Part shown: positions 51,968 through 64,000 of the stretch, in pieces
Position numbering within the stretch: the first letter of the stretch is position 1
How the letters are laid out: the number at the start of each line of letters is the position of its first letter
NCBI GenBank assembly: GCA_017499595.2
Contig: CM039008.1
Coordinates: 620,001-684,000 of the forward strand
Length of the DNA stretch: 64,000 nucleotides
Direction: 5' to 3'
Source: Psilocybe cubensis
Taxonomy: Eukaryota
Translations under genes and position numbers: made by a program
The notes under the pieces: model-generated
What the model saw: only the letters and a program-made list of their open reading frames with translations
Told to the model about the DNA's origin: nothing
Database searches by the model: none

Positions 51968-53097
51968 AGCAGCTGACGAGCGCCGAATTTCGCAGATTTA
52001 CCTAGTAGAGTGACAATCAAGACGGTTCGGACGCATATGTGGTGTTACAAGTACCTGAAGATATCACTATCGGGCAGACTTTATACCCCCTGTAGCGCTA
52101 ACAGCATTCTGACTTCTAGCCGACCTCGTATTTACACGCCTGTGCCTATAAACACTGTATGTTCACAGGTCAAACATTGCCAGCAAGCCTGTAGTAAGCA
52201 TCATCAAAGGCTAACAGAGCAAAATTCTCATGTCGGTCCCTCTCGAGCCTCGAAGACATTCCATAATCTGACATGGAATGCTTTTTCGGCGCCTCGATGC
52301 CGAGCAGATTGTACTGTGTCTGTATCCACGGTGTATCGTAAGGGCAGTTTCGCCAGCACCAGGTTTCCGGAGCAGTGATTTTCTCGACCTGCTGAATGAA
52401 CGAGAACAAGAAAAACACCACGCTTCGTACATTGGAGAGAGTTCAGTCAAGGAGAGAGTTCAATCAAAGAAGACGTGCCCCCGAGGCACCATCACTGCCA
52501 CCATACCACCATACGTACTCGTAGCTCGTCTTGTTTTTCATCTGCGACTCGACCCCGCGCAAACCCCGAGCAGTTTCCCGGGCCATGTCAATGACGAACA
52601 CTTTGATCTCACCTTGAAAGTACAATGTAAAGATTTCAAAACGTTTCCGCGTTTCTGGATAAAAGTGATGATAATGTATTCACCTTATCGCCATTTCAAA
52701 AAATAACCAGAAGAGGTGCAGAACAGTTTCGACTTTAGCGCATGAACTTGGGCGCTAAAGCGTCTGTGGAAATTGTTGTATGCGCCCACTTGCGGAGCTT
52801 CTCTTCCCACGAATTGCAGCCAATTGTCAACGAAGTGGTCCCGTATCACCCTGTACATTCTCGGTGGAGATGGAAGATGCCTTTCATTCGGATCTGTAAG
52901 ATGCCAAAAGTAATTTGATTAGATTAAAGGTATACAACAAGAAAATATGATATGATATGGATATCAATATGGATTTACTATGGTCCGTCCGCCCAAATGA
53001 CTAGGTTCTACTTCTAACTTGTCTCGAAGAGTCCGTTTTTCTGTAAGAGTCCATGCTGTTTATTTCTACTTTGATGATGATGAGGGTGTGATGTATA

Positions 53098-53776
53098 TCA
53101 CAGTCTAGGGGTATGGACGGGTCTGTCGGCGACGTTGTGGTACCGGGCCATCTCATTCTCTTTCTTTTCAAAGCCACACTTCTGGTAAAAAGCTACAAAA
53201 TAAAACCCATTTCTCAGTGACCAGCGCACCAGAACAAAAGCAGTACAACCACGTACGAATGTTTTTATCACTGCAGTTCAGAATCGTCTTGTAGCACCCC
53301 GTATTTTCGCTGATAGCCGAAAGCGCCTGGATGACGCGCAGGCCGAGCTTGCGTCCCTGCATGCTCTTGTCGACTGCAATGTCCTCAATGTGCCCGACTT
53401 TGCCCAATCCACGCGTGAATTTCTGCTCAATGAAGACAGAGCCAACGCCAACGATTTGGTCCGTCCCGCGGTTCACAATGACGAGGGTGAAGTATGTGTT
53501 TGGGCACGCGCGCAGCGCGTTGAATGCTTGTTCGTACTGCGCCACGGTGAGGTCTGGTGTGGTGGTCAGCACCGAGAGTACAGAAAGGTGTGAGCGGGTA
53601 ATATCGGTCTTGGCTAGCGGCCGCATCTACAGGGGTACTGGTTAAAAGGGGTGTAGAGAGGTGAGCAACGCTCAACGCACATGGAGGTCACTGCCGAGCT
53701 CTGCTTTCACCGACGCAGGAATGAGCTCCGGGGAGAACAGGAGGTCGAGTTGAGAGTCTGGAGTAAACGAAGGCAT
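53098..53776 (-). CDS. GNA1: Glucosamine-6-phosphate N-acetyltransferase
   Basis: IEQKFTRGLGKVGHIEDIAVDKSMQGRKLG, GCYKTILNCSDKN, FYQKCGF. Confidence 0.93.
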
Positions 53777-55029
53777 GATGTTTGCGGTGAGTGGAGAGAA
53801 GAGCTGTTGGAGAGAGTCTAATGTCTAGCGTTATATAGCGGCGTATGGAGCAAAGGCAGTGTGGGGTGCGGTGGTACTGGTGACGGTGGTTGACAAGAGG
53901 GCGTTCCTTCCCCAAATGGTAATTTTATTAATCTACTTTAGCATAGCCACATCAAGCGGCGCACTCGGCATTCGGCATATCCCGTTGAAAACCACGCTAG
54001 CGGCCAAGTCGGACTGTCAGAGAGTGGCGGCGGCTTGATGCCGTTGAACATAACTTTTAGCTTGCAACGAGCATCAGGCAACGAGACATTACAATCAACG
54101 CCGCCGCCGATGCTCAAGTAAGTAATACTTCCCCTGAATCGAGCATCGGGAATAAGTAGTTTGTAACAAATTAAATGGTCGGAGCGTCAGACTACCATCA
54201 CGATGGCGCCTCTTCCAAGTTCTATACATGGTCAATTCTGCGACTGCCAACGAAAAAATATTTATCGGTTTTCCGTTCATAGGAGGGGGGGGGGGTATCC
54301 CAAACGAGAAATGACCAAAAAATGAAGAAGAAAAGGAGAGCTTCCTTATGCCTTTTTTGTGTTCAATTTGTGAAAAGAAAAGACTTGAAATTTCTTGACA
54401 ATATGTACACATTCTCACAAACACAAATTTTGTGAGATACCGTGCGAAACGGTTCGCGCTGACGAGTGTCCGAGAAAGAACATATGAACATTTACCTTAT
54501 ACTTCGTCTGTACTCGGTTGTAATTAGATGTTTCAAATGCGGGTATTATTTTTTTCATGTAAATCAAAGAGACTCAAAAACGAGCCGCAACAAACTGCAA
54601 CGCCCGTTAGTCGAGCGTGAACTGAACGCGGAAAGGCGCAAATGTGGGTGTGTTGCAGCACTTTGGCTGGCAGATAACATCCATACGGATTCTACTGAAA
54701 TGACTCCATATACTGAAAATTTAAAGACACTGATGGATATATACACATTCTATATATTTCCTCTACTGCAATCTACCAAAGACTTAGAGTAAAAAGTTTG
54801 AAAAAGGGAGCTCGGGTTCTGCCGGTAACGATTTAGGTTCTAACGCCCCACCGTTGTGGAAACCTAACCCTTGGGAGAGACAAAAACATCAGATACGGCC
54901 ATAGTAATTGGGGGCAAGATGTAACCCATGCTTTTGAACACTTCAGATGAATACACCCTGAGACGGCAGAGAATGAGTGTGTAGATCAAATGAGGAGGCA
55001 AGAAAAAAATCGATTCAATGCCAGGAACG

Positions 55030-55260
55030 AGAAAAACTCGGATTGGCAGAGAGCCTGGTGAAAGTAGAGTTCTACAAACTGGAAGAATATGATGAGCACA
55101 GCGGCAAGTTGGGGAAGGTTGAACCAAACCTTTGTAAAAACAACATTATCGACCTTGTGGTCGATGACGGTTGTCTATACGGATTCAAGTTGATCAATAA
55201 TAGCTCTGATGTCCTCCATCCCAGCGTGATCTTCTTTGAAAGTAGAAACGCACCCGTCCG
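55030..55260 (+). pseudogene. Isolated coding-like fragment, possibly the C-terminal region of an agaricomycete caspase-domain (peptidase C14) protein
   Basis: VKVEFYKL...PNL...IIDLVVDD..LYGFKLINNS..VLHPSVIFF resembles, from recall only, the tail of such proteins; no rest of the gene found nearby. Confidence 0.3.
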
Positions 55261-55647
55261 CATGTCTCTTCCACACAATTGACATATGGATTGATCTGAC
55301 ACAGTAAGAGAGGATTGATACATAATCAAATTGTGCAATATATCATAGGCTTGAATAATTTTCTGTTTGGAGGGATGAGCTCACTGGATTCATGGTTATG
55401 GATAACAGACGTCTGATTCGAAATGTAAAGTATGTCTTGTCACCCGTACGGGTCCTTCAAAGAGTCGGAAAGGGTTAACAAATAACTGACATGATACATG
55501 ATCAATCAGTAGAAAGTGAAGAAATCTCTCGCCTAGAGGTAGCGGAACATGATCCCAAAAGCAAAATCTCCCTATGACCTTGTGTTTTTAATTACTCCCT
55601 TCCAACTACTATAGCACCCCAGAGGCACAACGACAGCACGCAGTTTG

Positions 55648-58009
55648 CTACTCAACTGTTATTGGAGTTTCAAACAGCAACTTCCTAGCATGCTCTGAGC
55701 GTGGCCTAAGTCGCACCGAAAACGGTTCTGGCATCCTACAACAAACATCATATTAGGTCCCGAAGAAAACGAAAAACCACATACATAATTGTCCCGGGCG
55801 TATATGCGTATTGGGGGAGCACCTCCCTCCCATCCTCATCGAGCGCAGGGAGTATATCACACGTCGCCAGCACCGTCGACACAATCGCAAAGAGCGTGCC
55901 TTCCGCAAGATGCTTCCCGGGGCACACACGCCGCCCAAAACCAAAGACGAGGTCATGCACAGTTTGCATCGACGCGTCGGACAGGTTGTACCGGTCGGGG
56001 TTGAATTGTGATGGGTCGGGGTAGTCTGTTGGGTTATGGAGCATGCCCCTACAGAATTTGAATTAGAGCAGGAAAGATGCAAGTGGATGTACGCACCATA
56101 CATTGGGCATGATTATAGCGTTCTTCGGTATATCATACCCCTCATAAACATCGTCTTCCCGTGATGAATGCGGAATAGCTTATATATGCAAATCCCATTA
56201 GCATCAAAAAAACCAAAAAACCAAAAGTGCACACCAAAAGGCAGCCCAGGACTCCAACGGAGGACCTCGGTCATCACACACCGCACATACGGCATGTCCC
56301 GCATATCAGCGATGCAAGGGAGCCGCTCGCGCCCGAGGACAGCGTCGATCTCCGCCTGCGCCTTCTTCTGGACGTCGGGGTACATGACCATCGCCATGAG
56401 GAAGCTCAGCGCGGACGATGTGTTCTGGGGAATGATAAGATGAATGTACGTGTAAATCGTAAAGCGCGCTTGCTTACCGTGTCGAGGCCGGCGCCCATGA
56501 CGGTGGTCGCGGCCCACACGAGTGTGTCTTCCTCGTCCTTTGACATTGTAGCTCCGTCCGCAGCCTTAGCTCGCAAATTGTGTGCACAGAGGTTTGGCGT
56601 GTGCGCTTTCCCCGTGTCCTGGGAGTAATGAATAATCCTCGACGGCAAGTTGTTCTCGCTGACTCACCAAGTTTGATTTAGACCACCAGTACACGTTCCA
56701 CGTCGCATCCCACAGGATCTCGCGCCATTTATCCGCCGTTTCCAAAAACCCCGCACCAGGCATCCACCGCGGCATGTATTTCACTGACCAACACAAAGCG
56801 CTCCCGGTGAACAACCCATTGCAAAAAAAAAAAAGAATAGAAGTCGTATGACGCACGCGCAGGGATAAAATCGACCATAAAGTTCCCTGGCGCAGAGGCC
56901 ACCGCAAAATTCGCGATCGCCGCCAACGGCGCGGTCAAAAACGGGTCCGTGGGCGACTGGACATTGTACCCATACGCAATACGGACTATAATCGTGCCTA
57001 TCCTCCTATACACATCGCACACAGCTCGAGTCAACACTCGAACTCGAAATACACTCATAAAATCAAATTAAATCAAGCTGCGCGGTGTACTCACAACTTC
57101 ATCTCCGCGAACAGCTCCTCCGCACGCATCTGCCGCCGCCGCGTTCCCGAATTTGAATTTGAATCCTGCGCGTCGAGCAAACGCCGCACGAGCAAGCGCG
57201 CCTCGCGTTCCTGCACGGCGTGATACCGCGCGACCGGCCCGCCAGCCGCGAACTCCTGCGCGACGATACGGCGCTGTGCGCGCCACCGCGCGTTGTACGG
57301 CAGGAGCGTGAAGGACTCGTCGTAGCGTACCCTATAGAATCATGTCATTTCTCCAGGATAATTGACCGTCAGCGAGGTTAGGATTAGGACAAGTTAATAT
57401 AGAGAGAGAGCGGTAGCGTACAGATCGCCTGCCATGACCTTGTAGTAGTAATTCGAATTCGAAGTCGCATGAAAACGTCAGTCAATGTGTCAACGTCCGA
57501 TTCTCAATAACCCGACAAATCCACATGCGCGTGCGCCGTGGAATGTTATGTGGATTGGTGTGTGTGCACTCACAAAGTGTGGTCTGTTTGAATATATCGC
57601 GGAGCGCATGTCGAGGAGGTCGACGGCGGCCTTGCGCGAGTTGAGGATGATGAGCGGTTTACCGATGACATCGACGTGGATGATCCCGCCTGCTCGTATA
57701 TTCCACGTCAATCAATTTCATTTCATTTCATCTTCGTGTTCACGTAGAAGCACGTGGAAACAGGGAAAAGAAGGAGGACGCGCACGACGCACCGTACTTT
57801 GTGCCCCACTCCGCGAACACGGCCCACATATCCCGCGTTGGCATCTGGTGCGCGTTGCCGATGATTGGCAGGCGCGGAGGGCCTGGGGGAAGATGGCGTC
57901 TTCTCTTACGCTGGAGTGGATTCCATGGCACGTTAAAGAAGAAGAGGAGGGCTCCCGTAACGAGGAGGGAAGCAACTGTGGGGGAGGGAAGGGAAGGGAG
58001 GATGGACAT
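55648..58009 (-). CDS. Cytochrome P450 (CYP64-clan / CYP5144-like), apparently intact paralogue of 37918-40057
   Basis: LPPGPPRLPIIGN, GAGLDT, EVLRW, PDRY, DLVFGFGRRVCPG. Confidence 0.9.
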
Positions 58010-58916
58010 GGTGTCTCGCGAGTGGCAAGGCGCGACTGGTGGTTATTGAGGAAATTACTTAAACTTAAAGAAGTCTAAGCTCAGCTCGGGATGATGCCTT
58101 TATAACATCACGTCAGAATCAAAGTAGCCTACTACGCAAATACTATTGACCGTCAATTGACCGGGTTACGAGATATCTGAGGAGTCTTTAGAGGCTGTTT
58201 CGACCCAATGGTGTCTGTGCTAAGTAACGGTGAATTACTTCAATGCATGAATAGGCTTTTGCGCGCACAGTTCAATGCTCCGTCAATGCTCAGTCAGTAT
58301 TTACAAGCATGTGGAGGTTGTACTTGTATTCTTGGCAAAATCAGGTCGAGCCGATGGAGTACTAGGACGCTTGCCGCCCGCGCCTTAAAACCACAATGAA
58401 AGCGATGTAGATTGGATGGAGTAAAAATGTAGTCCATGGTCCATAAGTGCTACATAAAGTAACATGAAGTATAGACAACAATACGTAGGAGTCTGGACCA
58501 TGTGTTTGGGCGCATCGAACAGAAAGAGAATTAGAAAGAAAGGAATGAGATTGAAGGAGGAGAGATATTGATAGCCGCAGAAACGAGAAAGACAGAGAGA
58601 GAGAGGAAATGCGAACGCAGAGGCGGAATGGTGTATGATATATGAGTGTTTATGCGCAGAGAACGGCACGTTCAACGAGTCTTGGAAACCGTAGATGTTT
58701 CCTGATTATTCCCATCGATGTTTTTCAAATCATTCAGCTAGCTGCGGGGTGTCTTGATACTCGTTCGAAGAGAGAGCTTCTAAGATTGCCAGATGAAGGT
58801 GATCTGGTCACTGGTGAGGCCACAACAAAGTTACCATTTACATTCTCATTTACTGTTCATTGGTGCCGGCTGGAGATCCTGTGGTCGATAAACTGAATCC
58901 CAAAAAACCCTCACTC

Positions 58917-61081
58917 CTAAGGATCAAGTAACCACGCCCATTTATCCGATCGAGGCCTAATTGTCATGGGGAATGGTTTTGGCCGCCTGTAGAGGAACAC
59001 ATATTCAGACTTCCCCGAACTAATATCATCATGAAAAGAAACGAAGGTAAACCCACCTAATAAAACCATCATAGAACGTCAACGTAGGCGCCTCGCCCGT
59101 AGACGAGCGTTTCGGCTCTATATCGAAGCAGGTGATCACCGTCGACACAGTAATGAAAAGTACGGCTTCTGCGAACTGTTTGCCTGGACACGTTCTAGCG
59201 TGTAACGAGCGAGGGTAATCAGATTTGAATTCAGTAGGCATGCTGTGAGACAGGCGTACCTTCTCCCAAATCCCCAAGTCATATTCATGACCTCCCGACC
59301 CCGAGCGCCATTTTCGCCCATAAAACGTTCTGGTTTGAAGGAATAGGGATCTGGGAAGATCTCTGGATCATGATAGATGAGCCTGTTTATAGTGCCGTTT
59401 AATTTATTAAACCAAGTTAACGCTGTATTTTGAACGCACCATACGTTGGCACAGATCATTGAGCCTTTGGGAATTAGTATTCCGTCGTAGATATCGTCTT
59501 TAGCCACCCCGTGAGGTAGACCTGAGGTACAAATACTCAAATTAGAACCATTATCATGGATTTTTGTTTCAAAAAGTGTTTAACTAGCTCACCGAGCGGG
59601 GTAACGGTGTTGTACCTCAACACCTCCAAAATGATCGCGGTAATGTACGGAAGCCTCTCCCAGTCATCGAAAGTCGGAAGTCTCTCCGTCTCAGTGACAT
59701 TGTCAATGCCCTCCTGCGCACGCCTCATAACCTCGGGGTGTAGTGCCATGAGAGCAAAGAAACAGCGTAGGGTGCAACTCGTCTCTGCATAAATCATCAA
59801 TTTAACGTCCGTGGAGGGAAAGCAACAACTCACAGAATCCGTAGCTGCTGCGTACATGACGGATGCGCAATCCATTATGAGCTCTTCTTTTTTCTCGACC
59901 TCAATTGGAGAGAGAGATGTCTCGGAGGAAATTGTGTCGAGAGAGGTAGACACAAAGCAAGGCACAGCTGTACCGTCATCCTTTTGAAATGTAGAGTACA
60001 AGGTCGAGTTAGATCATGAACAACGCTGAAAGTAGGAAGAGAACGTACGATCATGTTTCTTGAGCGCTTGAACGGGTCAACTCTGCACGCGTTAAAGACG
60101 TGCTTGATTTCATCTACAGTCTTTCTGAATCCCGAAAGCGACAGTAGATTCGGCCAGTTTTTTACTGTCGACTATAAGTATCAATGATTTAAGCGTGTTT
60201 GAGTGAGCCTCTTACAATTAGGCCCGATTTCAATTAGGAATGCCAGGGGTCCGTTAAGCTCCTCAGCCTGCTTGAACGAACGCTCCATTTCGTGGACGAT
60301 GGGGTCGTCAGTCCCGGATACGCGATACCCATATGTCCCCAATAGTATCGAGCTAGAGGTGTGCCTATAGAACAATTCTTAATGCACCGCCCAAAAATGG
60401 TACAAGAGAGAGAGAGAGAGAGAGACTGACTGCTTGATGTGGTCATCGAGAGCATCTGGTCGTCTCAACAAGTTTGCAGCCAACACGCGGGACTCTTCCT
60501 GTTGATGATGTCGGTGCTTGACAGACGCCGGGCCGGAGAAATATCGCTGGACAGTCGCCCGCCGGACGCGGTGTGGTTCACCTGAGATGTAAGTGAGGAC
60601 CCAATCGAGGTCGCAGCTACGACGATGGTATATGTGAGTGTGCCTTTAAACTGTGATGCAAGTTTATGATTTACAGTTCCTTCATGGCCATGAGCGGGCG
60701 GTTCGAGTAAGTTGCTGATCGCTCCTCCAAAAGCTCCCGGATGGCCTTCAGCGAGTTCAGCACGATCATGGGCGTTCCTAGCATGGTGAGATATGTGATT
60801 GGACCTAGTACAGCTAGTGTTACAAACGTGTTTACTGGTAATGAGTCCCGACGAGGCCTACCGTATTTCTTCGCCCAAGCTTCGTACACAGGCCATTCGT
60901 CTTTCTGGGGAATCTGGAACATGTTGCCGACCAAAGGAAGTGGACGTGGTCCCGGCGGAAGTGGTGCTGGTCCTCCATTGCTTCGTGACAGCAGATACAC
61001 TATCCATACACCGCCAGCAGCGAGGACAGCCTTATCCGTACTACTGAGAGATGTCAGAAATGTTGATATAGTGCTGGACAT
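58917..61081 (-). CDS. Cytochrome P450 (CYP64-clan)
   Basis: LPPGPRPLPLVGN, YAAATDS, EVLRY, FKPERF, WGFGRR/TCPG split by an intron. Confidence 0.9.
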
Positions 61082-62030
61082 CGCTCAGACAGATAACCAA
61101 GTTCAGAATAGAGAATGGGATGCGGAGAGAGGATAAGCGCGAAAGCAGCGCCGAAGATATGTTATGACTGGTTTACATTGGTTCTTGTCATGCACGGCCC
61201 TTGCCACAATCCTGTCCTCAGAAATTACGGCATCTTATAAGTGCCACATCATAATTTCGAGAAGGGGTTATCACTTTTTTGATCGAAAACTACTCCGGCT
61301 TTATTGCATGTAACGGCCTGAGAACATAAAAGTGAAGTCTTCAATTGAAATCAGCTAATGATAGGCTTGAGTCTATCTATTTTGACCGAAGCGCTCAGTC
61401 TCAAAAATAGATAAGGTGTCATGTTGGATTTGTGCCTCATACACCGTGCAAAACCGCATATTTCTCGCAAAGGTAACTTGAGCACTGGTACTAAAACTAG
61501 TTGTTGATGTTCTTTAACCCATCCCGATAAATGAAATACTACCCGTAGCCCATTAGCACTTCTTATGATCTAACATAACAAAGTAGGATTATAGCATTAT
61601 TATAGTTGCGAGAGCATAAAGGTCGGCAAGTTTGTACTAAGAATACAGCAGTCTAGACCCATGTGGTGCATTATTAGAATTATAAAGGAAGAAAAGGAGA
61701 AAGGACGAGGAAAAGAGTGTGTGAGAGAAGAGTGTAAGAAGAGTGTGAGAAAAGAGAGACAGAGGAAATAGCAGAGTCAGTCATATAGGAGCCCGACAGA
61801 GTCCACAGCTGTCGCCGTCGAGAAACCTTGAGCTTGAGATATCATAGCAGTCTTGGAGGTGTCGTTTCTTCACCTTTTTTTATCTTCATGTTCCTGGTCA
61901 GTAAATGGAGCATCCATAAGTCTTCAAGAAAACTGTCGTTGTCGCCAGAATGCGCCAGATCACTGAAGCTGCCAGAAGGTGGCCCGAGTCGATGAGGCGA
62001 TAACATTACCATTACCATTCACATTCTCAA

Positions 62031-64000
62031 TCACTTTTTGGCGGATGCAGAATTCCGTGGCCGATACACTAAACGGAAAAGAGAAAAATGTGTGCACCTT
62101 GCTTCAGCAAAACACACCGAATTCGTACGGTAAAGTAATAAAAGCACACACCAGGAGGAACAGTATCGCGGGACTCCCATGGCCGTTCCTTACCATCTTC
62201 CGTCGTCTTGAACAGCTCGCCGGAGGGGGTACACACCATCACCCACCCATGCCCGCACTCGATGGTGTATGCTGTGTTGAAGACGCGTGCGAACGCGTGC
62301 AATTCCTCCGGGTGGTCTTTGAGAAGGTATGCGACGTCTTCAATGCATGCGAGTTCGTCGCCGTTCGGCAGCTCTCTGTATATAAAGAAAAGATAGAAAG
62401 AGGTTATTGCGGATCGTAGAATAAAAGGGAACTCTCACTTTGTCTTTGATTTTTCTAGTGTCCACAGGATAGAATCAAATTGCGTTAAAATTGATTCCTC
62501 GCCGATCCTCCTGCAGTACCCCCGCAAAGCCTCGACGTACTTTCCAAAATTCACTTCTGAATCTTGCTGCTCTTGCTCGACGGTGAATTGTGTTCCGGCT
62601 TGAGCTTGAGCTTGGGCTTGCGGCAGTGGCGGCGGCATCACAACCTCAGCCTCAGCCCGCGGACAGCTCAAATATCGCTCCTTTAAATTCGACTGAGAGG
62701 CCGACCGGGCTTTCTTTCTCTTTGAAGGACGAGATACGAGCTCACGCTTCCCTCCAACCGTTCTCTTCAACACCCCACCGTGTTCTTCTACGTCATCCTC
62801 CGCCGACAACTCGGGCACGGACTCTGAGCATGTGCTCGTGCTCGTGCTCGTGCTATTAGAGCTGGAGCTCGAGGAAGAAGAAGAGGAAGAGGAGGAGGAG
62901 AAAGTCAGTGTGTAGTACCTGTGAAACCCATTACCCTGCGGAAAATTCCCATATGCATGCATTTTAGGCCGCCGCGGTTGGCGGAGGTCGGGATTGGTGT
63001 GTGGACTTTGCTTGTTCTGAGTCCAAAGGGGCTCGAATACGAGTGGGGGTATGGGGGTGTGCCATGTAGCTGGTCGGAGTCGAAGGGTTGGTTTCCGAGT
63101 GTGGTAATTGGGTAAACGGGCAGTGGCGGCGGCGGCGGCGGTGGTGGTGGAGGAGGAGGAGGAGGAGGAGGAGGAGGAGGAGGAGGAGGTCGTGATTGTG
63201 GTGAAGGGAACTTGGGAGGAATTATGGATCAGAGGAGCTTCTGCATCTGTGTAAAAATGAGGAGTCAGCTTCGATGATGATGATGATGCACACAACAACG
63301 AGGACGACGACGAAGATGTGTATGCACGGGGATCAAGGTTAGGCGTTGCATATTTGTCGGCGTCCTCAAGTTCACGCACGCGCACACGTTTTTTGTGGGT
63401 GGTGTATGCACGGCGGGGATCAAAGCTAAGCGGCATTGCAAATTCCTCAGCGTCTTCACGCACGCGTTTTCTGTGGGTGGCAGTTGCACCACCCGACGAG
63501 GTTGCAATTCCAGCTTGTAGCGGGAGTGATGTCCCCGTAGCGCAAGCTCCCGCATCGGAATGATGCGCGTTAGCATCATTAGACGCCGAAGCAGTTGGGT
63601 GTGGCGCGCGGGTAGGCGGCGCTTGTTCTTGTATCCGATCTTCACCTGGGTAACACGCTTCACAACGACATCGAACTCCTGTATCAGGTTCTGCTGATAT
63701 TACAGAAGCAAAACAAGAAGAAGAAGAAGAAGAAGAAGAAGAAGAATTCGAAGGCACTTGAATCCGTTTTCTATACCCGACTCGCAGACTCAGAGGCAAA
63801 GCAGCCGGCGATGCATCAGCGACACTGATGTACGGGCGCAGCACGCTTCCTTCACCCTGCCTCACACTCCACGTCTGTGGGCGGGGTAGCGCGCGGCTGC
63901 TAAAAAGTTGCCGGGCAGGGGGTGGCGCAGCTTCTGCTTCTGCTCCTGCTTTGTAGCCTACTGGTGTCATAGGCGAATGCGACCATGTCGCGGATGTCAA
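62031..64000 (-). CDS. Low-complexity protein with a C-terminal Sin3 PAH-like domain; 5' end outside the window
   Basis: Poly-Ser tracts, then YVEALRGYC...FDSIL...(intron)...CIEDVAYLLKDHPEELHAFARVFNTAYTIE, resembling the PAH consensus; last exon VYRPRNSASAKK* inferred. Confidence 0.6.
63150..63189. repeat. (GAG)n trinucleotide microsatellite encoding poly-Ser
   Basis: Perfect GAG run; similar (GAA)n run at about 63716-63746. Confidence 0.9.

Noticed and set aside
52400-54860. Possible MITE or transposon remnants either side of GNA1 (including the G-run near 54285)
   Set aside because: No terminal inverted repeats, target-site duplications or transposase fragments could be identified by eye.
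55648-61081. P450 pair as a secondary-metabolite cluster
   Set aside because: No PKS, NRPS, terpene synthase or RiPP precursor seen in the window.

Overview
Intron-rich eukaryotic DNA from a mushroom-forming basidiomycete (Agaricomycetes; inferred from many short GT-AG introns of about 45-60 nt and from the gene families). The supplied ORF track splits genes at introns and uses non-ATG starts, so gene models below were stitched by hand. Contents: three AA3_2 GMC oxidoreductases, three HAD-type haloacid dehalogenase-like genes, tRNA-Glu(TTC), an AA9 LPMO, a DHA1 MFS transporter, an F-box-like protein, a DUF1917 protein, a housekeeping block (NAT9-like, UTP7, PUF6, IES6, later GNA1), three cytochrome P450s (one a pseudogene) and a Sin3-PAH-like protein. 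Candidate defence or cell-death genes are also present: two MLKL/HeLo-like-TPR proteins with no visible NOD, a helical-NTD/ZZ-finger protein and a Crinkler-NTPase-nuclease protein. The standout is a secreted aryl-alcohol-oxidase-like GMC gene (49166-51967, minus) whose frame runs without a stop into a complete 8-cysteine class I hydrophobin, and whose first catalytic His is replaced by Asn. No database searches were run, so novelty claims need checking.
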